Assembly (NCBI RefSeq): GCF_006345805.1
Contig: NC_043006.1
Span: 37,386,001 to 37,450,000, forward strand
Direction: 5' to 3'
Length of the DNA stretch: 64,000 bases
From: Octopus sinensis
Lineage: Eukaryota
The notes below the pieces were generated by a model, which saw only the letters and a program-made list of their open reading frames with translations, made no database searches and was not told the origin of the DNA. Positions within the stretch are counted from its first letter, which is position 1, and each line of letters opens with the position of its first letter. A program made the translations under genes and the position numbers. Below, piece by piece: positions 12,921 through 24,339 of this stretch.

Positions 12921-13502
12921 GTGTGTGTGAGCTTACTTATTTTCGACCGAAGCAGTACAACAATGATTACCAAATCTGAAAGCTTTGAGAAATATGCGGT
13001 ATCTAATTGAAACGAAACGAGAGCATAGAAAAAATTCATAAAAGCCAAATCACACACACACACACACACACACACAACACACACCATTATACATAGTATT
13101 GAGCTATTGTTTCCCTTTATTACCGAACATCAAGTGTATTATTCCTGTTATTCATTACCATTCAGTATTCGTGGGCCATTTCCTCATCACGTTAGAAATA
13201 TCGACAAACTAACAAGCGTTGTTGGCATCAGCCTGCAATAAATTTACTCTGGTTTGTCTTAGAGCTCGCCAACAAACCAACTGCAAAGTCTTCCAGATAA
13301 ACAAATATACGTGTACGTACAGTGGCTGGCATTTTCTATACGAATTCGACCAACCGTTTAATACAAAATCACATACTGCGTTCCGACGACATATGTGCTA
13401 CGTTCACATATTGACATAGACATATAAACACACACACAAACACATTCATACTGTGTGTGTGTGTGTGTGTATACGTGTGTGTGTGTGTGTGTGTGTGTGT
13501 GT

Positions 13503-13870
13503 AGGCGCGGAAGTACCTGCGTAGTAAGAAGCTTGCTTCCCAACCACACGGTCCCAGGTTCAGACCCACTGCGTGGCACCATGTGCAAGTGTTGTCTACT
13601 ATAGCCTCGAGCCGACCAAAGCCTTGTTAGTGGATTTCTTTGACAGAAAGTGAAGCTCGTCGTATGTGTGTGTATGTGTGTCTGTGTGTGTGTTTCCCTC
13701 CACCATCACTTGACAACCTATTTGGTGTGTTTACGTCCCCGTAACTTAGCGGTTCGGCAAAAGTGACCGATAGAATAAGTACTATGTTTACAAAGAATAA
13801 ATCCTGGAGTCGATTTCTTGGACTAAAAGCGGTGTTCCAGCATTGCCGTAATCAAAGAGTAAAAAAGAGT
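13503..13870 (+). mobile_element. tRNA-derived SINE family B (internal (TG)n/(TA)n spacer)
   Basis: Head ...AGCTTGCTTCCCAACCAC...GGTTCAGACCCAC, body CTTGACAACC...CCCCGTAACTTAGCGGTTCGGCAAAAG, 3' end GCGGTGTTCCAGCAT. Partial copies also near 6770-6925, 16455-16575, 18672-18890, 29226-29440, 30005-30330, 35725-35960 and 48925-49185. Confidence 0.88.
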
Positions 13871-13872
13871 AT

Positions 13873-13905
<33 letters not shown>

Positions 13906-13939
13906 TATATATATATAATATATATATATATACATATAT

Positions 13940-14110
13940 AGGAGAGTTTACGAAAAAAAAAAGACAGGTGGTGTACAAAACAAACAGATGTATTAGTATC
14001 ACGCTCAGAATAGAAAGTCTTTTATGTTTCGAGCCTACGCTCTTCTACAGAAAGGGACACAGAAAAACAAGGAGAGAAAAAAAATGTTTGTAGTGGCTAA
14101 TATAGATATA
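13940..14110 (-). mobile_element. Penelope pLTR-like repeat carrying a variant hammerhead fold
   Basis: Homologous to 39325-39500 (opposite strand). Contains CTTT CTGTAGA A GAGC GTAG GCTC GAAA CA TA AAAG. The PLE origin is inferred from the ribozyme layout. Confidence 0.55.
14019..14054 (-). ncRNA. Minimal type-I hammerhead-like fold, variant core CUGUAGA
   Basis: Helix I CUUU/AAAG, helix II GAGC/GCUC, GAAA, then CAUA. A6 is replaced by U, and helix III has a C-A mismatch. Confidence 0.5.
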
Positions 14111-14112
14111 TA

Positions 14113-14148
<36 letters not shown>

Positions 14149-14599
14149 TGTATGTATGTATATATATATATTTATATATATATATGCATATGTGTGTGCG
14201 TGCGCGCGCGTGCATTTATAGGCATATGTAAATGATATATATATATATATTATATATATATATATATACACGCACTCACATTCATAGTCATAAATGACAG
14301 TTGTAGTTTTGGTGAGGTTTTATTTAACGATATGAAAATTCAAATATAATGACAAATTGTTTCGTAACTCGAAAACATGCAAATAATTTATATTGTTATA
14401 TTTAATAATAGATAAATTTCTTACAGGTCTGCCTAAATGCAAAATGCAAAGGATCTTTCAAACTACAAAAAAATGCAGATTTTTTTATATTTTCCATTAA
14501 TGTAGACATGTAAGTAATTTATTTATTATATAAATATATTAATATAAATTATTTACATGTTTTAAGTAACGAAACAATTTGTTGTGATATTTCCTTTTT

Positions 14600-14809
14600 T
14601 TTTTTACTTGTTTCAGTCATTTCACTGCGGCCATGCTGGAGCACCGCCTTTAGTCGAGCAAATCGACCCCGGGACTTATTCTTTGTAAGCCCGGTATTTA
14701 TTCTATTGGTCTCTTTTGCCGAACCGCTAAGTGACGGAGACGTAAATACACCAACATCGGTTGTCAAGCAATGTTAGAGGGACAAACATATACACACACA
14801 CACACACAC

Positions 14810-14866
<57 letters not shown>

Positions 14867-15033
14867 TATACAACAGGCTTCTTTCAGTTTCCGTCTACCA
14901 AATCCACTCACAATGCTTTGGTGGCCCGAGGCTATAGCAGAAGACACTTGCCTAAGATGCCACGCAGTGGGACTGAACCCGGAACCATGTGGTTGGTTAG
15001 CAAGCTACTTACCACACAACCACTCCTGCGCCT
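14600..15033 (-). mobile_element. SINE family B, full length
   Basis: Reverse complement reads GGCGCAGGAGTGGTTGTGTGGTAAGTAGCTTG...GGGTTCAGTCCCAC...(TA)n...GCTCCAGCATGGCCGCAGTGAAATGACTGAAACAAGTAAA. Confidence 0.92.
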
Positions 15034-15120
15034 ATTGTTAAATAAAAATTCAGCAAACTATTTCTCTCTCATTTAGACTTTCTCCTGTATTGCACTATAT
15101 ATTCTATGTGTTTTATGGAA

Positions 15121-15530
15121 TCTTTTCTACTCTAGGCACGAGGCCCCAAATTTGTTTTGGAGGGAGAGGGCTGGAGGGCAGTCGATTACATCGACCCCAG
15201 TAAACAACTGGTACTTAATTTATCGACCTTGAAAGGATGAAAGGCAAAGTCGACCTCGCCGGAATTTGAACTCAGAACATAAAGACAGACGAAATACCTA
15301 TTTCTTTACTACCCACAACGGGCAAAACACAGAGAGGGCAAACAAGGACAGACAAACGGATTAAGTCGATTATATCGACCCCAATGCGTAACTGGTACTT
15401 ATTTAATCGACCCCGAAAGGATGAAAGGCAAAGTCGACCTCGGAGGAATTTGAACTCAGAACGTAGCGGCAGACGAAATACAGCTAAGCATTTCGCCCGG
15501 CGTGCTAATGACTCTGCCAGCTCGCCGCCC
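15121..15530 (-). mobile_element. SINE family A dimer
   Basis: Same head-core-tail2-(partial head)-core-tail1 order as 29539-29917. Confidence 0.88.
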
Positions 15531-15624
15531 TTATGCGTTTTGTAGAATGATAGATTAAGGAGCGTCCTTTATTTGTGTTTCCGGATTGCTTGAATACAGC
15601 TATTGACTTAAATATAGTCTTTAT

Positions 15625-15866
15625 TCTTTTACTTGTTTTAGTCATTTTGGCTGCGGCCATGCTGGAGTACCGCCTCCAGTCGAACAAATTGACACCAGGA
15701 CTTATTGTTTGCAAGCCTAATACTTATTCTTTCGGTCACTTTTGTTGAACCGCTAAGTTACGGGGACAGAAACACAATAACGCCAGTTGTCAAGCAATGG
15801 TGGGGGGACAAGCACAGACGCACAAATACACACACACACTTATATATAATTATATATATATATATA

Positions 15867-15899
<33 letters not shown>

Positions 15900-16018
15900 G
15901 ACGGGGTTCTTTCAGTTTCCGTCTACCAAATCTACGTACAAGGCTTTCGTCGACCCGAAGCTATAGTGGGAGACGTTTGCCCCCCAAGTTACCACGCAAT
16001 CGACTGAATCCGGAACCA
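15625..16018 (-). mobile_element. SINE family B, 5'-truncated
   Basis: Body and 3' end match the 14600-15033 copy. Confidence 0.85.
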
Positions 16019-16103
16019 TATATATATATATACAGTATATATATGTGTGTGTGTGTGAGTGTGTATATTATGTATATGTATATATATATATAGAGAGAGA
16101 GAG

Positions 16104-16187
<84 letters not shown>

Positions 16188-16585
16188 GAAGGAGCGTGGC
16201 CCATTGGTCAAGCTGTTGCACTCAAGATCTCTAGATCGTGGGTCCGATTCCCTGACTGGGTGGCGCGTTATGTTCTTGAGCAAGAGACTTCATTTTACAT
16301 TGCTGCAGTATCCCAGGATGTTGGTCTGCTCGCCTATCCAACGGGGTGGCGTCATTTGAAGGCTGCATTGTGACCAGCGATGTGTAACAACATTTGATCT
16401 CCAGGTCCGATATCTATATATATCAATCACGCGATTGATATATACATATATATACTCTTTACTCTTTTTACTCTTTTACTTGTTTCAGTCATGTGACTGT
16501 GGCCATGCTGGAGCACCGTCTTTAGTCGAGCAAATCGACCCCAGGACTTGTTCTTTGTAAGCCTAGTACTTATATACATAAATAT

Positions 16586-16616
<31 letters not shown>

Positions 16617-17140
16617 ACATATACATATATGTATTATATATATATATATATGCGTGTGTGTAGAGTGAGAGAGAGGGGGAGAGAGGTGGGGAAGAAATAA
16701 ACATCTTGTTTGTCATAGATATTTTAGGGTTTCAATTAAAATTTTCTTATGTTTTTGTTTTTGCTTGCTGGGCCTGCAAGAAGGAGTTGATGGTCATAGC
16801 CTTCTGAAACCCTTCTAAATCTGCAGGATTTATATCTTTAATGTTCTTGTTGATTATTTACAAGTCAACACCTGGGAAAAAAGTTATGAAAAGAGAGCTG
16901 GTTTCAGGGACCCCATATTGTGGGTTGAAAGGCTGTGTATATTGACAAGTGCGGAGTCTGGACCTTGGACTTAATAATGGTAATGACAGAACTGGGCTGA
17001 AAGGTTGTGCATATTGACAAGTGCGGTGTCTGGGCCTTGGATTAATAAGGGTAATGAGAGGAAAAAAACTACAAATTGGCTGGAAATGCCTGAATTTGGT
17101 GGCATTAATCCATTTTTTTCCGAATAGCAGGACCAGTGTA

Positions 17141-17443
17141 CGAGGATGTGTTGAAAAGTTCATAGGCTAACTATGAAGGAGTGATGCTAGTTCTGTGAAA
17201 GCTTGCATGCATTAATTTCAATTCTCTTATTAATAACTGTGTTGATGATGACGTCATGTCTACTGTTGATGACTCTTTTGACCCACAAGATGAAAGCTTT
17301 TTCACCAATGGAATCCAAGCACAGCGTCATCTATGGGAGAAGTGTGTGCATCGCAAAGGGGACTCTGCAGAAAAATAAACGTCCTTTGGTCATACTCCTT
17401 GAGAGAATCTTGGTCAGTCTATGAAGTTTTCAACCAATTCTTT
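17141..17443 (+). mobile_element. Internally deleted mariner (MITE)
   Basis: TA|CGAGGATGTGTTGAAAAGTTCATAGGCT with a degenerate inverted copy at 17417-17443. Retains the transposase C-terminus DESFFTNGIQAQRHLWEKCVHRKGDSAEK*. Confidence 0.8.
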
Positions 17444-17774
17444 TACAATTTTTTTAACGGTAAAATCGGTAGATGTGATTGTCCATTGGTGGGCCACAGG
17501 GTGGCGTGTTTCTCTGTCTTCAATGCAAATCAGTCAGGTGACTCATCTTTCGTTGTGGTATTGTATGTCTGTGTGCAACAGTAGCAACAGTAGCAACAGC
17601 AGCAACGGCAGCTGCACTACCACCACCACCACCACCACCATCACAACCGCCACCGTTTCAGATAAGCAAGTAATGCTGTTTTGTGGTCCTCACTAGACTT
17701 TTGTAGAAAGCCAATAATTGTAAGGAGGTTGATCGATGTTCTCACCACAAGGTCCAGTCTTTATTGCGTTGTGA

Positions 17775-18065
17775 TGACTTGTGTGTCTCAATGATCCTGG
17801 GAGCCAAGCCAGAGGAGTGCAAGCTCCTGGTAGGCCTCCCATGCGGCAAGTCAAAGTATAGGGAAGCGACTAATATGAATCACCTCTTCTCAGAAATAAA
17901 AAATGGTTTTGCGTAAAGGTAACGCCCCTATCTAGACAAGAAGCGAATTTCCAGAAGCCTCATTGACAATTCAAAACCAAAACCCGGGAGAGGATAGCTC
18001 AGAGTGGAGAGCAATCAGAAAAGTTGTCGATGACCTATGCTTCATAGGCAGAGAAAGGCTTAAGT
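17775..18065 (+). mobile_element. RTE-like non-autonomous element (tentative)
   Basis: The 3' end ...GATGACCTATGCTTCATAGG...AAAGGCTTAAGT resembles RTE 3' termini as recalled. No RT ORF between the ends. Confidence 0.4.
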
Positions 18066-18383
18066 ATGTAAGATGTGAGGTCCGGCCATGAAGTGAAAGG
18101 CTAAGAAATGGGACGCATGCCTAACTATGCTAAGGCCTTGTATCAAATCGTTGGCAATGGTTTCTGTTGTTCATCGTCGTGTTGTTGTTTAGATAGAAGA
18201 ACAAGAGGTTCCATTGTGGCATAAATATTGTAAATTATAGTTTATGAATGATATTACAATGTTAATATTGTATGAGCGATAATTTTAAACAAATAAAGAC
18301 AGTATTGTTTGAGTAATGATAATTCTGGCAATCAAATTAAAAACGAAAAACAGATTTGTCATTGGCTGCGAAAGGAAATGATA

Positions 18384-18643
18384 ATTCGTTGCTATTATGC
18401 AAAAGTGTCGTAAGTCCAAAACGTTGCTTTTTCAGAAAAGGAAAAAATAGTTTCACCATTCCGTAGCAAAACCGTTGTACTACTCTTTGACAATTTTTGA
18501 TATCTTGGCATGTGAAGCAGCTGCAGATATGATAGTTTGGCCAAAAGAACCGGCTATTGCAAGCAAAAATAAATATTGAAAAAAAAAAAAAACGCATTTG
18601 GCCAAATTTGAACATACGACAGTTTAACATAATAGCAACGAAT
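18384..18643. mobile_element. MITE with 16-bp TIRs and TA TSD
   Basis: ATTCGTTGCTATTATG (18384-18399) and CATAATAGCAACGAAT (18628-18643), with TA on both sides. A second, inverted, one-end-truncated copy lies at ~53566-53797. Confidence 0.85.
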
Positions 18644-18896
18644 TATTAATTAATAAAATACGAAAGAGCGATCTTTTATCTTTTTCTTGTTCCTGTCATT
18701 AGATTACGGCCATGCTGGGGCAACACCTTGAAGAATTTTATTCGTACTCTATTTTTTTAAGCCCGATACTTATTCTATTGGTCTCTTTTGCCGAACCATG
18801 AAGTTACGGGGGCGTAAACCCACCAACGCCGACTGTCAAGTGGTGGTAGGAACAAACACAGACACATGGAAACACACAAACACACACACACACACA

Positions 18897-19063
18897 CAGT
18901 AATCCCTCGCCATATCGCGGTTTATTAGTTAAGCTTACGTCGAATCCTCCGTGATGTTGTTTTGCATTTATAATAAAATAAATATATATGAATTATAAAA
19001 ATAATTTTAAAAATATACAGTACTGTTTCTACTTCACGGATTGCAACGTAACACCCGTGATAA
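18897..19063 (+). mobile_element. Tigger/pogo-like MITE fragment
   Basis: Begins CAGTAATCCCTCGCCATATCGCGG. The right end ACACCCGTGATAAG is a truncated inverted copy. Confidence 0.55.
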
Positions 19064-19703
19064 GCCCCAAGGTATGTTTTTTGTGTTAAAATCTATATAC
19101 AGGAATGTTCTCCCGAAGAGAAGAATGGATCCACTTTTGGTCCGTAACTTCGAAATTACAATAGACGACTAACCTTTTATTTTTATTTCAAATTTTATAT
19201 CATGTCGCTCGCCGACAGCTGTTATGGTTGAGGAGATATAATATGAGGGTTTATAGTGGCTTTTTTAGCGGCTTTGACTGCTATTTCTAGGTCTGTAAGG
19301 TTTTTAATAACCTTCTCCGTTATAACTGATTTTTTCACAATTATACACTCTTCCTTTATGAAAAATTTTTGATTGCATGTTCTGGCCACTGATATATATA
19401 CGTAAATAATTTTGAATAGTTTACGATATATCCTGCATAATGTAAATTTATTTTAATTCCTCTGATATATATATATATCTAATATACGATAAAATTTTTC
19501 AAAAAAAATTTTATCAATGGCCAGCATATTAAAAAATACCTTTAAAGGTTAAGTTTATAAACAACTTATAAACAAGGGCAAAATAAATAAAAATTCTAAT
19601 GCCATTAATACCGAAAATAGACACATCGTCCATAACCATATAATTCATCACTATAAGTACGCGTCTCGAAGAAAGCCGACAGAGATTTCTAAAAATTCCG
19701 TTA

Positions 19704-19764
19704 TTACCATATCGGACCCGATTTCAGAGTTAATTCATAAGAACCTTCTCTTCGTCAGTGATAA
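19704..19764 (-). ncRNA. Type-I hammerhead ribozyme fold (left arm, mirror copy)
   Basis: Reverse complement of 19804-19864. Confidence 0.8.
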
Positions 19765-19803
19765 ATGCGGCAAAGTAGGTATTCATTTATTTCTTTGCCG
19801 CAT

Positions 19804-19864
19804 TTATCACTGACGAAGAGAAGGTTCTTATGAATTAACTCTGAAATCGGGTCCGATATGGTAA
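19804..19864 (+). ncRNA. Type-I hammerhead ribozyme fold (right arm)
   Basis: Helix I UUAUCA/UGGUAA; core CUGACGA at 19810-19816; helix II AGAG/CUCU; GAAA at 19843-19846; helix III A-UCGG/CCGA-U; cleavage triplet AUA at 19856-19858. Confidence 0.8.
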
Positions 19865-20014
19865 TAACGGAATTTTAGAAATCTCTGTCGGCTTTCTCGA
19901 GACGCGTACTTATAGTGATGAATTATATGGTTATGGACGAGCGATGTGTCTAGTTTCGGCATATTTGGCATTAGAATTAGAATTTTTATTTATTTTGCCC
20001 TTGTTTATAAGTTG

Positions 20015-20050
<36 letters not shown>

Positions 20051-20629
20051 GCCCCAAAAAAATAAACGAAGAAAAAACAACAATGTGAGGACAATTGTAT
20101 ATATATCGATTGCAAATGAAGTGTGTTGTTTATGTGCGATAGGTTACGGCGTGAAAATACAAAGTCATGACATAATATATACATACATACATACATACAT
20201 ACATACATACATACATACATACATACATACATACTGGTACTCCGTCAGTTTCCAAGACGAATGTTCTAGTTGATCCGATCAACGGAACAGCATGCTCGTG
20301 ATATTAACGTGCAAGTACATGAATACTCCACAGACACGCGTACCCTTAACGTAGTTCTCAGGAAGATTCAGCGTGACGCAGAGTGTAACAAGGCAGGCAC
20401 GGCCTATTTTTGCCAGTTGAGTGAAATGGAGCAACGTGAAGAGAAGGTTCTTATGAATTAACTCTGAAATCGGGTCCGATATGGTAATAACGGAATTTTT
20501 AGAAATCTCTGTCGGCTTTCTTCGAGACGCGTACTTATAGTGATGAATTATATGGTTATGGACGATGTGTCTAGTTTCGGCATATTTGGCATTAGAATTT
20601 TTATTTATTTTGCCCTTGTTTATAAGTTG

Positions 20630-20667
<38 letters not shown>

Positions 20668-21068
20668 GCCCCAAAAAAATAAACGAAGAAAAAACAACAA
20701 TGTGAGGACAATTGTATATATATCGATTGCAATGATACTATATGATGTAGTGTGTTGTTTATGTGCGATAGTAGGTTACGGCGTGAAAATACAAAGTCAT
20801 GACAAATATACATACATACATAATACATACATACATACATACATACATACATACATACATACTGGTACTCCGTCAGTTTCCAAGACGAATGTTCTAGTTG
20901 ATCCGATCAACGGAACAGCATGCTCGTGATATTAACGTGCAAGTACATGAATACTCCACAGACACGCGTACCCTTAACGTAGTTCTCAGGAAGATTCAGC
21001 GTGACGCAGAGTGTAACAAGGCAGGCACGGCCTATTTTTGCCAGTTGAGTGAAATGGAGCAACGTGAA
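19816..21068. repeat. Tandem duplication of ~625 bp (19816-20438 / 20439-21068)
   Basis: The unit (pLTR arm + (AT)n + unique part + (ACAT)n + SINE C 3' part) occurs twice. Junction ...CAACGTGAA|GAGAAGG. Confidence 0.93.
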
Positions 21069-21125
21069 ATAAAGTGTCTTGCTCAAGGACACAACGCATC
21101 GCCGGGAATTGAACACTCGACCTTA
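20861..21125 (-). mobile_element. tRNA-derived CORE-like SINE family C
   Basis: Reverse complement contains GAGTGTTCAATTCC, CCTTGAGCAAGACACTTTATTTCAC and GTCACGCTGAATCTTCCTGAGAACTACGTTAAGGGTAC. Confidence 0.85.
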
Positions 21126-21663
21126 CGACCGTATGCATGTGTTACTATACATGCATAGGCACACACACGTATACAGAAAGAGAGAGAGGGGGGAGAAAGG
21201 AAGATAGAGAGAATATGTATGTATGTACGTATGTGTATCTTTGTGTGTATGTGCGTGTGTGTGTGTGCGTGTGTGGTGAGTCGAATACCCTAACCCCTAA
21301 ATGGCGCAACTTCACTGGATAGCATTGTGAGATTGTATATATATATATAAAATTCCAAGAGAGTTAGAGGTTGTGAATCCAACCAACTAAGGGATAATAT
21401 CTATCCAATATACTGCTGGTAGAATACCCAATTATTAATACACAAGTGTTTTTTCATTGTGTGGCAATTACATTACCGAGTGTAATAAATGGGCGAGGGT
21501 AAAAAGTTGTTTTACCCTTAATTTATACAGTAATAAGAAAATAGAGAGGATCAAGAGGTGGTATTCATCAACTTTTAGACATTATATTATGTCTGTTTAT
21601 TTATTTTTTAAAACGACAATTATAGCAATATGCATACATGTATAACATATTATGCTTTATATA

Positions 21664-21968
21664 TGGCCCGGTGGTTAGGGCAGTGGTTAAGGCAGCGGAC
21701 TCGCGGTCGTAGGATCGCGGTTTCGATTCCCAGACCGGGCGTTGTGTGTGTTTATTGAGCGAAAACACCTAAAATGCTCCACGAGTCTCCGGCAGGGGGT
21801 GGTGATCCCTGCAGTACTCTTTCACCACTTCTCCTCTCACTCTTTCTTCTGTTGGCCTGCTCGCTTAGCCAGCAGGGTTGCGTCATTCGAAGGCTAAAAC
21901 AATGCGAACGCATTGTGACCAGCGATGTGTAACAACATCTGATGGTCTGGTCGGTCACGTGATCACGT
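21664..21968 (+). mobile_element. tRNA-derived SINE family D
   Basis: Head GTGGTTAAGGCAGCGGACTCGCGGTCGTAGGATCGCGGTTTCGATTCC (A and B boxes), tail GCATTGTGACCAGCGATGTGTAACAACATCTGATGGTCTGGTC. Related pieces at ~12500-12700, 16192-16410 and 32120-32165. Confidence 0.8.
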
Positions 21969-22424
21969 GAATAATATAATATATAAAATATAAGAATACC
22001 AGTAATTATTAAAATATATAACGTAGAACATATATATACACACACATATACATAAATACATACACCTACAAACATACACACATATACACTTAAGCACGGA
22101 CAAACATGCCAAACACAATAATCACGCTTGCTCTTGAAAAATATCGTTATCGACTTCGTCTGTAAGTAATTTGTGCTGCGTGAAAAGTTTGTTTTTATTT
22201 GTTGTATATTCACTGTATAATTTGATTTTTATCTGGCAGGATACCATATAATTTCCGAGCCAAATTATCCAGGTCAAATATGCCTGAACTTCTGAAGTGG
22301 TCTTGTTTCTATTTCGTGCTTCCATGCACAACCGAACGCAACTATGCTTGCCTTGGGTACATAAAGTGCTTGGTTCTAGTTTGTGTGATTTTCTGTTGTG
22401 CTGAAATAATTCTAGGTAATAGCA

Positions 22425-22855
22425 GCTAAAGTCACCGAGCTGGCAGAACCGTTAGAGCGACGGGGAACAATTGTTTTGCGATACTTCCTCCGACGCTTAC
22501 GTTCTGAGTTCAAACTATACTGCGGTTGATTGTGCCTGTTATCATTTCGGATTCGATAAATTAAGTACCTGTCGAATATTGGGGCCGATGTAATCAACAA
22601 TCCCCTTTCTCTAAAAATTTCTGTCCCTGCACCAAAATTTGGAATCATTTAAGGCAACAAACTGACATCGTTAGCACGTTGGACAAATGTTAGCGATATT
22701 TTTTCTGACTGATTGTGTTCCGTGTTCAAATTTCGCAGAGGTCAATTTACCTCTCCGGGATCGATAAGATAGTACCAGTTATACACTAGTGTCGATGTAG
22801 ACGCCTAATCTCCTTCCCATAAAATTATTGTCTCTGTACCAAATCTTGAAACAAT
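22425..22855 (+). mobile_element. Two adjacent degenerate SINE family A copies
   Basis: GAGCTGGCAGAACCGTTAG...GTTCTGAGTTCAAA...TAAGTACC; a second copy starts at ~22655. Confidence 0.75.
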
Positions 22856-22940
22856 TATTTACGTGTATGTTGTGTATACGTACGTATTGGAGATGTTTGC
22901 AATGCCTCTATTTGTATGCTTTTATCATTTCCAAGACAAT

Positions 22941-23420
22941 TCCATTAAGGTGCAGATGTGGCTGCGGAATTAAGAAACTCGCTTAGCAGCGACGAGGTTT
23001 CGCGTTCAGTCCCACTGCATGTCATCGAGGGCAAGTGCGTTCTACTGCAGTCCCAAGCCGATCGATACCTCGAGAGTGAATTCGGTTGTATTCGAAGACA
23101 GTTGTTTATATATATATATATATGTATATATCTTTGTGTGGTTTGCCTGCATATATGTGTGTATATGTGTGTATGTGTATGCGTGTGTGTGTGTGTGCGT
23201 GCGTGTATATGTGTGTTTGTTTGTGTGTGTGTGTGTATGCGTTTGTTTTGTACCCCACCGCTTGACAACGGGTGTCGGTCTGTTTACACCTCTGTAACTT
23301 AGCACTTGGGCAAAAGAGATTAAATATAAACAATCCCGTAAGTACTGGGAGCGGTTTGCTTGACTAATACTCTTCAAGACAGTGTTCCGACATGGCCGCT
23401 GTCCAATGACTAAAACCATT
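22941..23420 (+). mobile_element. SINE family B, degenerate full length
   Basis: Head ...GGTTTCGCGTTCAGTCCCACTGC, microsatellite spacer, CCGCTTGACAAC body, CATGGCCGC 3' end. Confidence 0.8.
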
Positions 23421-23689
23421 ACAAAATATAAATGAGCAAATAACCACAAAGACAACCACAAAGACAACCACAAGACGCTACACATTACATTAAATAATTA
23501 ATTAACATTCGTTGTTATCGCCTGTACTGTCATGAAAATTATAGGCAAATGCATCCACTACAGTTAGCACTCGGCTAATTATTTCTCTATGGACAGAAGA
23601 TTGGTGCTATTTATTGATATAGGCTTAATAAGACAAGAAACTAGTCAGACTGATCGTGTAACGATTTTGTTAATCTTACACATTCAAGG

Positions 23690-23773
23690 AGACGTAAACA
23701 CACCAACACCAGTTGTCAAGAATAATGGGTGGACAAACACAGACACGAAAACATACGCACGTGAATACACCCC

Positions 23774-23829
<56 letters not shown>

Positions 23830-23990
23830 GGGATGTTTTCAATTTCTGTCTACCACATCAACTCACAGGGCTTTGGTCGGTTCCGGAGCTTTAGTAGAAG
23901 ACACCTGCTGAAGTTGCCACGCAGTGGGACTTAACCCTGAACCATGTAGTTGGGGAGCAAGCTTCTTACCACACAGCCACTCCTGCACCT
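23690..23990 (-). mobile_element. SINE family B, 5' two-thirds
   Basis: CTTACCACACAGCCACTCCTGCACCT terminus; matches 14600-15033. Confidence 0.82.
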
Positions 23991-24231
23991 ATATATACAT
24001 ATATACACATAGAGTACATACATGTACACTCACATTGAAGTACATGTATGTGCATAGCCGTACATAGACAATAAGAGCAGAAGCTGTTTAAATGCCAACT
24101 CTGTTACGTGTTATGGAGGTTTGCCGGAGTGTGTACACGTGTGTTTATATGTGGGTATTTATGCGTGTTAGCGTATTTATCATCTCCTTTCTATTAGCTC
24201 TTGTGTGAACGTGTGTGTTTGTGTGAGTGTA

Positions 24232-24262
<31 letters not shown>

Positions 24263-24339
24263 GTGTTTAACTCTGTGTGTTAGAGTGAATATGTGTGCAT
24301 GTGTCTAAGTGTGTGTTTGGACGCCATAACAGATCGATA

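Larger units (their letters stand above)
19565..20012. repeat. Long inverted repeat (arms ~210-220 bp, 17-bp spacer), Penelope inverted-pLTR-like
   Basis: The left arm ends ...GATAAATGCGGCAAAG at 19775. Spacer TAGGTATTCATTTATTT. The right arm starts CTTTGCCGCATTTATC at 19793. Confidence 0.93.
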
